Below are positions 1 to 10,046 of a stretch of DNA of 64,000 nt, piece by piece. The stretch's first letter is position 1. The number at the start of each line of letters is the position of its first letter. The notes beneath the pieces were generated by a model that saw nothing but the letters and a program-made list of their open reading frames with translations, had not been told where the DNA came from and searched no databases. Source of the DNA: an uncultured virus (IMG/VR IMGVR_UViG_3300038312_000396) (Duplodnaviria > Heunggongvirae > Uroviricota > Caudoviricetes); IMG/VR virus record IMGVR_UViG_3300038312_000396; one strand, given 5' to 3'. The position numbers were made by a program, and so were the translations under genes.

Positions 1-720
1 TACATTAAAAGCATAGTTAGCAAGCGTGTAGTCATTGATAAATAGAAATTTATCTCCATTTTCCGATATTATGTAGGGATTTAATACTGCGGGTATGACT
101 ACTCTGTTATCTTCTAATAGAATATTCCCAAATGCGTCTAAACATATAGGTGTATCTAAAATTCCCTCGTATGTGATTGAGGATAATACCCCTTTGCCTT
201 TTGCTAATGAAATAAGTAATCCTATATTTGAAATGTCATTATTTGAATTAAATACTGTAAGTTCTTTATTTCCTGTATTAAGTACAATCTCAACATTGTC
301 CTCTAATAAAGTGCCAAATGTAGCCACTATACCGCTACCCTTTTGTACTAAATATTTCCTCTCTCCTGCAATTTGAAATTGTAGCACCTTTTTGAATAAC
401 TTGTCTAAGCTATCTTTATAGTCCGGTTGACCAAAGTATAAGTATTCACTCTTTTCACCTGTGAATATACGATACCCTTGTTTGTCGTCAGAAGCAAAAG
501 GCTCTAAATAATTGCTTAAAAAGAACCCCCATACAAATAACTCCTGATCATCTATGCTGTTTATGTCCCCCAATCCTCTGTTCCCTCTATATAGGTCAAA
601 CATTGCATATTCTGTAGATACCTGTGCATTTACATGTATCGGTGGAATGAATACTACCCCCATTGCCACTGCTATAAGTATAACGCATAACCCTCTTTTA
701 ACTCTCTGTAACTTTCGCAT
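1..720 (-). CDS. Exported/membrane protein, runs off the window edge (missing from ORF track)
   Basis: Manual translation from ATG at 720 is open to position 1: MRKLQRVKRGLCVILIAVAMGVVFIPPIHVNAQ (signal-peptide-like), later LFVWGFFLSNYLEPF and LDAFGNILLEDNRVVIPAVLNP. Confidence 0.8.
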   Translation of the reverse strand, partial: MRKLQRVKRGLCVILIAVAMGVVFIPPIHVNAQVSTEYAMFDLYRGNRGLGDINSIDDQELFVWGFFLSNYLEPFASDDKQGYRIFTGEKSEYLYFGQPDYKDSLDKLFKKVLQFQIAGERKYLVQKGSGIVATFGTLLEDNVEIVLNTGNKELTVFNSNNDISNIGLLISLAKGKGVLSSITYEGILDTPICLDAFGNILLEDNRVVIPAVLNPYIISENGDKFLFINDYTLANYAFNV

Positions 721-725
721 TTCTT

Positions 726-2783
726 CTAGCCCCCAACTATGTTAAAATATAAAGTAATCAAATTTTCTACAACTAATTTGTATAATCCCCCTGTTACACA
801 TAACATACCAATGATCGAACCTAAAATAATTATTGTTAATACCTTTTTACCTGTCTTGTTTTGTTTTTTATTTCCAGTAATATCTCCAATACTATTATAG
901 TCCATTTTAATGTTCTTAAAGCTTATTATAGGAAGTAACTCTACCCCTATTATTCCACCACTCCTGTCAAACGTGTACGCTATGAATAATATGGATATAT
1001 ACAGGAATATGAACGCTCCCAATACTATTAAACTAACTCTTAACCCTTTTAACTTATTGTTAATATTTATTCTCTCAAGTTCTGAACGGATACCCTCTAT
1101 TTTTGCTAACTGTCCATCTGTAAGTTCAAATGTATTTACTGTGTATTCTCCTGATAGTATCTTGCCTATCGACACTACGTCTACTTTATACTTCTCGCTT
1201 ATTTCAGCAGATATGTTTGAGTTTAAATACTCCCGTAATCCACTTTCTCCATAACAGTCCTTATTTAATACTATGCAGTTACCTACTCCCATTTTGTTCT
1301 TTATGTTTATTATGCTGTTTCCGTCTGGATCGGTAGAGGTATAATACCCTAACTTTGTAGAATCTATATCTGCTAATTCGGCATTGTCGTACTTTATTAG
1401 TGAATTATCTGTAAGATTAATATCTCCTAAATTAATTAATCTTCCTGTGTGGTACAGCTCATCATTATATGTGATACATTCCATAAGAGTACTAGAAATT
1501 ATTTCAGGTTGAGTATTCCCCACTAACTTAAATGTCTTATAGTTACCGTAATGCTGTGAATTAAAGCTCTTTGTGTCACCACTGTCTGTTACGTGTATTT
1601 CTTCTGTAAATAGGTTTATTAACCCTACGTCCTCGTATGAAATTGGGTAATACCCCTCACTGTTCTTTATTGAGCCGCTTACTTGCTTAAATGGGTATTC
1701 AACTCTTATGTACTCTTTTTCACTTCTTTGTATATACTTAGGTCTACTTGTTTCACCCTCTGTGTTTTTGAAAACTCCTGCAAATTCTTCATTTACATTT
1801 AATCTGTTGCCTGTGAAATTGATTGCTCTCGATGTGCTACCGTCTATTAGCTTTATTACTTCTCCTGTAGTTAAACTGGAATTTAACATTGTCCTTATAT
1901 TGTTCTTTAATAGCACTCCTGTACCGAATGTATCATACACTAAAGTCTTGTTGTCTTGACACTTTAGGTCTTTTATGGTAACACTTATATCTGAAAATAA
2001 ATTAAAAATATGCTGCGCTAAACACTCCGCACCTTGCGTTATTAATGCAGAAGTTGCTGTGTCTATAACATAGTACGTGTCTGATCGGGATTCAACTCTG
2101 TAGAAAGGCTTGTATAGGCTTGCTCCAATTAACTCTTTTTCAACTCTATTTAATGTCTTGTATTTTTCTGTCCGAAATAATTGCAAACCTGATGGGTACA
2201 TTGATTTATCGAATTGGGATAGGTCTATTTTAAAGGTCTTTTCATAGGTCAAATAATCCATTATTCTAGTGCTCAGGATTGTCGGTAAACCTTTATAACT
2301 TAGAAATGTGACAACATTATTGTTGAAACTGATAGTGGATTTATCTCTGTTTAGATTATATAGACTTCTTGTTGTGTCACAAAGTTGCTTGAATGTATCT
2401 ATTTCATAGTTAACTATTTCTGAAAAATCTGCACTGTTCAAATGTTTAATTCTTGTTAATGAATTGCTGTATGTATACTCCGTTCCAGTACCTACCAAAT
2501 ATGGGGGTATAGATACCCCTTTATGATAACCACTTGCCTCTCCCGTAATTGTGACTAATCGATCTAAAGTGAAATATTCTTTTAAATAATCATCATAAGG
2601 AAATTCAGCATTATTTTCTAAAGTAGTGATTTTTTCATACTGTAACTTAGATACTTCCTTTTCTGTAACTATACTTAACTCATAAGTGTCTATTTTCTTT
2701 TCTGCAACATAAGAATTAAACCCTGTAACCGCTACACCAAACACTATAAAACATACTATTACACTAAATATAAACTTCTTCAC
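726..2783 (-). CDS. Large membrane-anchored protein, function unknown
   Basis: 685 aa; N-terminal hydrophobic signal/TM and two C-terminal TM segments. Confidence 0.75.
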   Translation of the reverse strand: MKKFIFSVIVCFIVFGVAVTGFNSYVAEKKIDTYELSIVTEKEVSKLQYEKITTLENNAEFPYDDYLKEYFTLDRLVTITGEASGYHKGVSIPPYLVGTGTEYTYSNSLTRIKHLNSADFSEIVNYEIDTFKQLCDTTRSLYNLNRDKSTISFNNNVVTFLSYKGLPTILSTRIMDYLTYEKTFKIDLSQFDKSMYPSGLQLFRTEKYKTLNRVEKELIGASLYKPFYRVESRSDTYYVIDTATSALITQGAECLAQHIFNLFSDISVTIKDLKCQDNKTLVYDTFGTGVLLKNNIRTMLNSSLTTGEVIKLIDGSTSRAINFTGNRLNVNEEFAGVFKNTEGETSRPKYIQRSEKEYIRVEYPFKQVSGSIKNSEGYYPISYEDVGLINLFTEEIHVTDSGDTKSFNSQHYGNYKTFKLVGNTQPEIISSTLMECITYNDELYHTGRLINLGDINLTDNSLIKYDNAELADIDSTKLGYYTSTDPDGNSIINIKNKMGVGNCIVLNKDCYGESGLREYLNSNISAEISEKYKVDVVSIGKILSGEYTVNTFELTDGQLAKIEGIRSELERININNKLKGLRVSLIVLGAFIFLYISILFIAYTFDRSGGIIGVELLPIISFKNIKMDYNSIGDITGNKKQNKTGKKVLTIIILGSIIGMLCVTGGLYKLVVENLITLYFNIVGG

Positions 2784-2803
2784 TCTAAGTCCCCCTATAA
2801 TTT

Positions 2804-2841
2804 AAAAAAGTCTTTACCTACTGTTAGCAGGTAAAGACTTT
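2804..2841 (-). terminator. Rho-independent terminator
   Basis: AAAGTCTTTACCT...AGGTAAAGACTTT inverted repeat with T-tract on minus strand, after the 2856-3689 gene. Confidence 0.8.
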
Positions 2842-2855
2842 ATATTTAATACGTA

Positions 2856-3689
2856 TTAACCTATTCCTATTAGTCCAAAAAGACCCTCTAACAAGGAAGA
2901 TACTGCTGTTATTGTAAAGGACATTAATTCTCCAGATACTAACAAGAGTATACATATCACGAAAAACACCACAAATACAATTCTGTTTTTTAAGTAATCT
3001 ACTACTGCTGCCACTTTAGAGCTACCCTCTCTGTTTCCATATGAGCTAACCGATTCTAATGATCTTTTAACTGCGTTAAATGCTTCTACCGATACCCATA
3101 TTGGTTTTTTACGTTTCCCAGTGGAATCCCCTGTCGCCGATCCCTGTAAGGGTGGAAATGTGATAAAAGCCAAGTCTAAAGCCAACACTATTCCAAACCC
3201 TATTAAAGATGCGTATGTAATTATCGCAACCACTATTGCAACTATAGGCTCAACACCCGACATAACACGCCTTGCACCCACAAAGTCCGCTGACGATCCC
3301 GTTAATAAATACCTTACCACAGTAGCGTTATCAGGAAAAGCTTCAATTATAGCTGAATTTAAGTCCCACATTTCATTTGTTGTAAGGGATTCCTGCGGAG
3401 AATTCTCTGCCCTTTTTAACGCATGTAAAGTTCTCTCAATATAAGGTCTCGTATCTTTTGCAGGAATGTTTGGAGAGCTAAAATCCATATGTACAATGGC
3501 ATACCCTTGATAATCTACAAATAGTCCGCCTGTCCCTAGTTTCCCATCTACCTCTGACGGTACATATATTGCATCTGCCGGAAGTCTGTCAAATGCAACA
3601 GGATTTGCTGCAAATATAGGTGTACTCAAACATAGAAGAAATAACATTGTAAATATTAATACGTGATATGGTTTAACTTTTTTATTCAT
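2856..3689 (-). CDS. Signal-peptide membrane protein, paralogue of 4965-5681
   Basis: Signal peptide; TM-DLAFITFP...WVS...YLKNR-TM pattern shared with 4965-5681. Confidence 0.75.
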   Translation of the reverse strand: MNKKVKPYHVLIFTMLFLLCLSTPIFAANPVAFDRLPADAIYVPSEVDGKLGTGGLFVDYQGYAIVHMDFSSPNIPAKDTRPYIERTLHALKRAENSPQESLTTNEMWDLNSAIIEAFPDNATVVRYLLTGSSADFVGARRVMSGVEPIVAIVVAIITYASLIGFGIVLALDLAFITFPPLQGSATGDSTGKRKKPIWVSVEAFNAVKRSLESVSSYGNREGSSKVAAVVDYLKNRIVFVVFFVICILLLVSGELMSFTITAVSSLLEGLFGLIGIG

Positions 3690-3708
3690 GTTGCATCTCT
3701 GCCTTTCA

Positions 3709-4329
3709 CTAATGAATTATATAACTAATGTTATGTACTACTCCAACAATCAATAACATAACATTTAAGGTTCTAATAAAAAATGTAGAATGATTTTTGA
3801 CTACCTTGTCTGGCGTTAAAAAGTTTCCCTGTATAGTAACTGTTTCCCCTGTCACGAACCCACCATCTTTACCGAACAGTTTAAGTCTTACATTAGGCAC
3901 TATATGTATCCCGTCTTTTGTCATTGCATCTAACAATAAGTGTGAGAAGAGTCCAATTAAAAACCCTATAATGCCCCATAAATAAATTACTTCATTTATA
4001 CCCTTAACTTCAAGTTTAAGCAATGATGTTAATAGTATTATACAAGGTAATGGGGTTACTGTTATGCAGTGTGTTTGCCACGATCTATGTGTACAACCAA
4101 TCCAATTAAATACTCTGCTGATGCACCTTTTTATTATATTTTTTCTTCCCTTGTAAAGTTTATAGTCTAAATCCAAATCAGGTGCTACCGTTCCCATCCT
4201 AGAAGTGATAACAACTATTCCCAACGCTATTAAGTAATTAAGGTCTGTTTCTCCAATTAAACTGTATATTGCTGGTGTTGCTACTACACCTAAAGCTATT
4301 GCGTTTGGAATGTGTTCTTTCATTGTCAC
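3709..4329 (-). CDS. Membrane-bound metal-dependent hydrolase (YdjM-like)
   Basis: N-terminal H, APDLD, HRSWQTH and SHLLLD motifs with TM segments. Confidence 0.8.
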   Translation of the reverse strand: MTMKEHIPNAIALGVVATPAIYSLIGETDLNYLIALGIVVITSRMGTVAPDLDLDYKLYKGRKNIIKRCISRVFNWIGCTHRSWQTHCITVTPLPCIILLTSLLKLEVKGINEVIYLWGIIGFLIGLFSHLLLDAMTKDGIHIVPNVRLKLFGKDGGFVTGETVTIQGNFLTPDKVVKNHSTFFIRTLNVMLLIVGVVHNISYIIH

Positions 4330-4351
4330 TGTTATCTCTCCTTACCTTTTG

Positions 4352-4654
4352 TTACTCTAGCACAATTGCCTCGTCAAAATACTTTATCTGGTAATCATCA
4401 ATCTCTGCCACTTTTTCAGCTATCGCACTTGATGTTCTTGCTCTTAAAGTAAATGCGTTCTTTTCAGTGTCATATAGTGGTGTAATTGACACTATTCCAT
4501 GTATGACAGCCCTCTCACCATTTTTTAAATCTTCTTCAAGTGAGTTTAAGTATTCTGATATACAACGATCAACCATATTCTTTGATAACCCAAGCTTATC
4601 TGCTATCTGTGAACACCTAAATTTGTGTGTCTTTGAATATATCTGTTTTACCAT
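4352..4654 (-). CDS. HU/IHF-like DNA-binding protein
   Basis: IADKLGLSKNMVDRCISEYLNSLEEDLKNGERAVIHGIVSI matches the HU helix-helix-beta pattern. Confidence 0.65.
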   Translation of the reverse strand: MVKQIYSKTHKFRCSQIADKLGLSKNMVDRCISEYLNSLEEDLKNGERAVIHGIVSITPLYDTEKNAFTLRARTSSAIAEKVAEIDDYQIKYFDEAIVLE

Positions 4655-4655
4655 T

Positions 4656-4952
4656 TTAAAAGTCTCCTATCTCAATCATTATCGGTCTTACCATAAACTT
4701 TGTCTGATCTATTTGATTTATATTGTAATACTTTGAAAGCTCTGATCGTAAGGTTAAAAAGTCATTTACCCTATCTTGTCTAATGTCTATTACCACAGCA
4801 GTAACATTATCTATGAATGCTCCTTTTAACACTTCCATTGACTGTTTTCTTAAAACTTTTAACAAGTAAGATCGGTTAAGACTTTCCTGTAATAGCTTAT
4901 TTGCTAGTTTTTTTGATTGCTTTTTTTCTATTATAGCCTTAAAAACTTCCAT
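4656..4952 (-). CDS. Hypothetical protein
   Basis: 98-aa ORF tightly packed in operon, GAGG RBS. Confidence 0.6.
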   Translation of the reverse strand: MEVFKAIIEKKQSKKLANKLLQESLNRSYLLKVLRKQSMEVLKGAFIDNVTAVVIDIRQDRVNDFLTLRSELSKYYNINQIDQTKFMVRPIMIEIGDF

Positions 4953-4964
4953 AATAACCTCTTG

Positions 4965-5681
4965 TTAAAACATGCTGCTTAGGTTTATGTTTGAAACCCA
5001 GTTAAACAGCATAAAACCTAATTTGTAAAATAATTGTGAAGTAAGTATAAGAGGCACGAACACAATAAGAATTAATTCAAATGCACGTTTTTTGAAATAT
5101 GTAGCCATCTTATTTTTTGTTGCGGGGGTTGTGGCACTACCAAATCCAGTATTATTAGTTGCAGGTGAACACTCACGTATAGTATCTAATGCTGATTCCG
5201 ATACCCATTGTTTACCTAAAACTGAATTTGAAGTTGTTTGTTGATTGTCATACGGTGCTTGTTGTCCAAAACCACCATAAGGTGATCCGCCTCTATACCC
5301 CCCAAAACCACCAAAACCACCAACTGTAGACGTACCTCTATTGCCCACATGAGGTGCAAGATATTGTCTTGTAAAAGGTAGAGTTAAATACACGATGTCT
5401 ACACAAGTTAATACCCCTGCTGCTAACCACACAATAAGTAAAATTGCGCCTTTTGCCTTTGCTACCCAACTAGAAACTTTGCCAAATTTAGATTGTGCAA
5501 AAGCATAATCAGGTGCGCTGGAAGTTACTATATCATCCAATGCGTCTAAAGCTTCTTCATTTTTCTGTTGTGTTACAGCGTCTTTCAAATCAACGCCATC
5601 ACTCGATGCAAACGCAAATGTCACACCCATTGCAAAAATTAATGATATAATTGCTAAAACGGAAAGAATTCGCTTAACCAT
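4965..5681 (-). CDS. Signal-peptide membrane protein with Gly-rich loop, paralogue of 2856-3689
   Basis: Signal peptide; TM-DIVYLTLP...WVSE...YFKKR-TM; GGFGGFGG insert. Confidence 0.75.
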   Translation of the reverse strand: MVKRILSVLAIISLIFAMGVTFAFASSDGVDLKDAVTQQKNEEALDALDDIVTSSAPDYAFAQSKFGKVSSWVAKAKGAILLIVWLAAGVLTCVDIVYLTLPFTRQYLAPHVGNRGTSTVGGFGGFGGYRGGSPYGGFGQQAPYDNQQTTSNSVLGKQWVSESALDTIRECSPATNNTGFGSATTPATKNKMATYFKKRAFELILIVFVPLILTSQLFYKLGFMLFNWVSNINLSSMF

Positions 5682-5748
5682 GTTTACCCACTCCCAATTA
5701 AATAGTGTGAGAAGCTTACCAACCTCTCAAGTATTCTAATTTATTGTC

Positions 5749-7068
5749 CTAAATTTTAAAATCCGTGTTTACTTCTATACCATTAAATATTTCTAATATG
5801 TCGCCAGGTTCTGCCTCACGTGATAAATCAATTAAATTAGATTCCTGTTTCTTGTGTCTCTTAAAGTAATTTTGATTTGCAATATAGTCTTCAGCTAGTT
5901 TATCCGCCTTATCTGTTTGTATTTCCTCTTCTCTTGTGTCTACTCCAATCCCCATCATTTTCATACCGAACATTAACAGTTTTATTTCATCTGAAACGTT
6001 TTCTCTTTGCATTTCAACTAAGTTACTAAATAGAGTAAAAAACTCCTGTAGTGATACCCCTTTGAATACTGTCGTGTACTCTTTTAACTCATCCCTCGTA
6101 AACAAATCATTCTTACCCACATTATTAACTATATAAAGCCCGTTTTTACAATATTCTAAAAAACTGTTCATGTACAAGGAATGGTCGTTTATTTCCGATA
6201 CCCATCTGATATAAGGTTGAATTTTTTTGTCACGAACGTAAGAAACTACTTTTAAGAAGTCGCTTGTACTGATTATTTCTAAGCAATCCTTTACTGCCTG
6301 TTCGCTTACGTTTCCCTGTTCCTTTACAACCTTATCTAAAAAATTCAGCGCATCCCTTATAATTTGATCAGACTTCTTAGCAATTAAAAAAAGTCCATCT
6401 TTTTCATAAGGTATGTCTTTTATGTCACATATATCCTTTAACCTTTTACACAACTCATTAATGTTGGGCTTCGTTACAGTGTAGATCTCTTGACACCTAT
6501 TTTGTATCGTATCTAATACTAACTTTCTATCAGTAGTACAAAATATAAATATTAGATGTGGTGGTGGTTCTTCTATTAGCTTTAAGAACCTTGTTTGTGC
6601 GTTAGCTTTTACAATGTGAAATTCATCCAGAATATATATTTTATACTTAGTAAAGTCCGGAATTAAAGCGTTTTCAAGTAAATTATCTATTGCCTTTTTA
6701 TTGTCATCAATTGATGAGTCAACCTCATATATTCCACTAGGGGCTACCCCTGTTTCTATGTATTCATCAATGCTCCTACAAGTGTCACATACTCCACACG
6801 CCCCATCTTCTGTGACATGTTCACATAAGTATTCTTTTGTCATCATCCTTGCAAATGTTGTTTTTCCACACCCCGTAATACCCTCTATCATTACTACTTG
6901 CGGTAATGTTTTTTTACGTACACTGTTATAAAAAGAACGTACCATTGCAGCATTACCTATGTAATCTGACACTCTCTTAGGTCTAAATTCCCTTGTTAAC
7001 GGTAAATTATCATGTTCTTCGTACAAAGTAACCACCTCAACCTTTAAAAAATTAATAAGAAAGGACAA
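5749..7068 (-). CDS. dnaX: DNA polymerase III gamma/tau-like clamp-loader ATPase
   Basis: FRPK N-terminus, Walker A GITGCGKTT, zinc module C...CGVCDTC, Walker B ILDEFH, LKLIEEPP, TIQNRC; true start probably downstream of 7068. Confidence 0.9.
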   Translation of the reverse strand: MSFLINFLKVEVVTLYEEHDNLPLTREFRPKRVSDYIGNAAMVRSFYNSVRKKTLPQVVMIEGITGCGKTTFARMMTKEYLCEHVTEDGACGVCDTCRSIDEYIETGVAPSGIYEVDSSIDDNKKAIDNLLENALIPDFTKYKIYILDEFHIVKANAQTRFLKLIEEPPPHLIFIFCTTDRKLVLDTIQNRCQEIYTVTKPNINELCKRLKDICDIKDIPYEKDGLFLIAKKSDQIIRDALNFLDKVVKEQGNVSEQAVKDCLEIISTSDFLKVVSYVRDKKIQPYIRWVSEINDHSLYMNSFLEYCKNGLYIVNNVGKNDLFTRDELKEYTTVFKGVSLQEFFTLFSNLVEMQRENVSDEIKLLMFGMKMMGIGVDTREEEIQTDKADKLAEDYIANQNYFKRHKKQESNLIDLSREAEPGDILEIFNGIEVNTDFKI

Positions 7069-7089
7069 GGTCTTATGAACCCTGTCCTT
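7061..7089 (-). terminator. Rho-independent terminator
   Basis: AAGGACAAGG...CCTGTCCTT hairpin after 7129-7860. Confidence 0.65.
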
Positions 7090-7128
7090 ACTTTATTTAA
7101 AGTTATGCACTTTATGTCGTCTTGCAGA

Positions 7129-7860
7129 TTACTTTGATGCTGAAAACTTCGAGTTGTAGTAGCTTCTGAAACCTGCGGCAATGTTTTTGAGATTGTCTGC
7201 GTCTTTGGTTTTGGAAGAAGTTGAACCAACCCTGCCAAGTCCTGCGCCACGTCTCTTTTCGTATAAGCTGTTGAATTTTTCCTTATACTCAGGTAGACAA
7301 ACCCACGCTTCACCCTCTTTTTTGTCAATGAGTTTCATTTGATGTTTGATTGCAACGTCTGTCATTGAGCTTAGAAGAGGTGTAATTCCGGTTTTCTGGT
7401 TTGAACGGAACTGCAACTTTTTGTCTCCAATTATAAGGGAAACTTCCGGTCTTGAACCAAGTAAGCCGATTTCTGTTCTGGTAAGAATAACAACTTCACC
7501 TGCTTTAACAGGTCTGGCAACTACTTGACCCTCTATAATTTCCTCAACTTCAAAGTCGATTTCACTAGAGGATACTTCATAGCCAACAATTGTTGCTTCC
7601 ATTGTCTTTTCTCCGCCAATGACGGTTTTCTGTGGGAACTTGTTTGCTCCAAGAGGAATAGCGTTAAGTTTATCAGACCAAATGCCCTCTAATGATTTTT
7701 GTTCTTCTGTCAAGTTTGCCCTGATTGTCTTACCTTGTCTTGCCATTCTTTCAGCTAACGACATTTTTTTAGCAGAAACAGCCTCTTCAACTTTTTCTGC
7801 GCTCTGCTCGATTACCTCTTCTGCTACTGGTTGCATAGGTGTTTTAACTTTTACTGCCAT
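7129..7860 (-). CDS. Unknown protein with consensus promoter; shares a domain with the C-terminal half of 30196-31203
   Basis: ATG at 7860 with GAGG RBS; IVGYEV...AGEVVILTRTE...PEV...W...P...F..L pattern. Confidence 0.75.
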   Translation of the reverse strand: MAVKVKTPMQPVAEEVIEQSAEKVEEAVSAKKMSLAERMARQGKTIRANLTEEQKSLEGIWSDKLNAIPLGANKFPQKTVIGGEKTMEATIVGYEVSSSEIDFEVEEIIEGQVVARPVKAGEVVILTRTEIGLLGSRPEVSLIIGDKKLQFRSNQKTGITPLLSSMTDVAIKHQMKLIDKKEGEAWVCLPEYKEKFNSLYEKRRGAGLGRVGSTSSKTKDADNLKNIAAGFRSYYNSKFSASK

Positions 7861-7949
7861 GTTTTTTAACCTCACTCTCACAAATTTTTTATTTAGAACG
7901 GATAGAATAACCTATCCGAATCTATCTTATATATCAACCTCTAAGTATA

Positions 7950-7978
7950 ATTCTACTCTCTTTTTCAAAAAATGTCAA
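7950..7978 (-). promoter_or_regulatory. Sigma-A/70 promoter
   Basis: TTGACA-17 nt-TAGAAT on minus strand; 5' UTR hairpin CGGATAG/CTATCCG at 7899-7918. Confidence 0.8.
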
Positions 7979-7996
7979 GCCTTTTTTAAAAAATAT

Positions 7997-8473
7997 TTAA
8001 TTATTTTTCGCTAAATTAATATAAAACTCCCCTAAAACATCTGACAAAAATATTTGTATATTTAATTTATCCCTAACAGCCGCCCGATCGTAAGATTCTC
8101 TGTCGACTTCTATGTCTAGAATAAAACTCTCTGTACCTAACACCACATTGCCAGATAAATAGTAATGTATTTGTTTTCCTTTCAAATAAACTTCTCTTTT
8201 TGTAACTAAAAACTCAACTTCCCGAAAGTCCTCAATATCAGGTGGTTCACTTAACCTGATACCCTTTTGGGTACTTTGGATTGTACTCTTAATTTGATTG
8301 TCCTTATTTTCATTGGAAGTTATTTGTTGAGTCTGACTGCCTCGCACATCCTCTGTCTCTGGTTTGTACGCTACTTTAACTATAACTAGACTTATTATTA
8401 CAATAACAACGAATATCGCTAAAGTAATCCATTTTATTTTCATGTTACCACCCCACGGATTTGTAAAAGGCAC
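7997..8473 (-). CDS. Membrane-anchored hypothetical protein
   Basis: N-terminal TM from MKIKWITL (likely true start). Confidence 0.65.
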   Translation of the reverse strand: MPFTNPWGGNMKIKWITLAIFVVIVIISLVIVKVAYKPETEDVRGSQTQQITSNENKDNQIKSTIQSTQKGIRLSEPPDIEDFREVEFLVTKREVYLKGKQIHYYLSGNVVLGTESFILDIEVDRESYDRAAVRDKLNIQIFLSDVLGEFYINLAKNN

Positions 8474-8500
8474 TATCCTTACTCCGATAGTGCCTTTTAC
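8463..8500 (-). terminator. Rho-independent terminator
   Basis: GTAAAAGGCACTATC...GATAGTGCCTTTTAC 15-bp inverted repeat. Confidence 0.8.
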
Positions 8501-8517
8501 GTTTGTTAAGTCACATA

Positions 8518-9372
8518 TTAGACCGCAAGTGAAGATGTTTCAGTGTTATAATTGAATACCACTTCGCCATTACGAATAACTTTTATAAAGTCACCCTCAA
8601 TGACATAACCATCTTTGCCGTCTTTTGAAGCTCTGTAAGTCTTCTTAATTAGACTAGGTACTTTCGACAAAACCTTAACGCCAAGCAGCTTATGAACAGC
8701 AATTCTCTTGTAAAGAACATCAACAATTGTCTCTTCCTCATAAAGAGATTTTAATTGGTTAAGCTCTCTGTCAATTTCCATTTCAATTCCAAAATGAATT
8801 TCACCTTGTTGTTCCAACTCACTTTTACGTGCAAGCCATGTACTAGCAAAGTTAATTGCATTTTGCGGTGCTACAATGAAAACAACTTTATTATTTTCAA
8901 GTGCTGCCAAGTCCTTACCGGAGTCATCAACCACATAGCTGATTTCTCTTTTAGGATTGTTTAGTTCTGCCATAATCCCATTAAGTACAACAACATTGGT
9001 CTCTGCCGCTTCTGTGTACATTTTTGCAATTATGAAGTTTTCAATAAAATCACATACCTGGTCGATAACGTTCTTTTCCCAAACGTTAAATATACGCTTT
9101 TCCTTTTTCCCTTTGCAGGTTAAAGTGAGTGTAAGAGAATCTACTTTACCGTTACTGTCCTCATAATACCGGTATGTATACAGGCGAATATCTCCCAACA
9201 CATACAAAGAAAATAGGTAATCCTCAAAGTCCTCAATAACAGTACGATTCTCATAATCAATGACTTTCTTTTCTTTCATGTCCTGCCTCTTATCCTTTGC
9301 GGCAAGCATGAAAACTTGAATGTTTTTGTCTAACATAGATGTGGTTATGATTTCATTACTCAAGTTTCTCAC
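8518..9372 (-). CDS. Hypothetical protein
   Basis: 284-aa ORF, coupled to upstream gene. Confidence 0.7.
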   Translation of the reverse strand: MRNLSNEIITTSMLDKNIQVFMLAAKDKRQDMKEKKVIDYENRTVIEDFEDYLFSLYVLGDIRLYTYRYYEDSNGKVDSLTLTLTCKGKKEKRIFNVWEKNVIDQVCDFIENFIIAKMYTEAAETNVVVLNGIMAELNNPKREISYVVDDSGKDLAALENNKVVFIVAPQNAINFASTWLARKSELEQQGEIHFGIEMEIDRELNQLKSLYEEETIVDVLYKRIAVHKLLGVKVLSKVPSLIKKTYRASKDGKDGYVIEGDFIKVIRNGEVVFNYNTETSSLAV

Positions 9373-10046
9373 TCCTTTATCAATTTAACTAATGTTAATG
9401 TATTACTTAGCTCAAAAAGGAACAGTGTCCCGTTTCGAGAAGTTGTTAATAATGGTTTGTTATCGTATTTGCCAAATAGGTTAAACCCATTTAAATCCTG
9501 TACCCTTGACTTCCCTTTTAAAGATATACACTTTATGTAGTTTTCAGTTTCTACCACTGCAAAATTTCCAAGTATAACTGCTTTTAATAAGTGTAAGTCT
9601 CTTAAATCTATACTGTATAAATCAAATTTAAAAATAAACTTTTCAAGTCTTACTGCATCACAATCCTGTTCGTAATATGGCGCTAAAGGAATAGCCCTTA
9701 AAATAGGTGTCTTTATGTTCATGTTTTCAGCGTAATCCTTAACCAATTTTCCGTTTGCTAGAAATAATAACTTTTTGTCCCTCATTTCAACAGGTGGTTC
9801 ATCTTTATAATCAATATGTATAATATATGCCCCGTTTTCTGTCAAAATCATGTTAGGGTGAACTTCAATAAATGGCTTGTCCTTTGATGATTTTAATTGA
9901 TATAAAATATTGTATTCTACTGTATCTCCCAATGTTTCTTTAGCTTTTTCCCTGTCATCAGAATTATTGGATAAGTCTAAATTTGCTATTTTAGGTAGTA
10001 TATCTAACGAATATGGTTTGTCGCTACCCTCTATTAAAAATTTCAA
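9369..10046 (-). CDS. Hypothetical protein
   Basis: 225-aa ORF, 4-nt overlaps with both neighbours. Confidence 0.7.
   Translation of the reverse strand: MKFLIEGSDKPYSLDILPKIANLDLSNNSDDREKAKETLGDTVEYNILYQLKSSKDKPFIEVHPNMILTENGAYIIHIDYKDEPPVEMRDKKLLFLANGKLVKDYAENMNIKTPILRAIPLAPYYEQDCDAVRLEKFIFKFDLYSIDLRDLHLLKAVILGNFAVVETENYIKCISLKGKSRVQDLNGFNLFGKYDNKPLLTTSRNGTLFLFELSNTLTLVKLIKE

Noticed and set aside
7044..7328. Minus-strand 94-aa ORF
   Set aside because: Out-of-frame overlap with 7129-7860 and crosses a terminator
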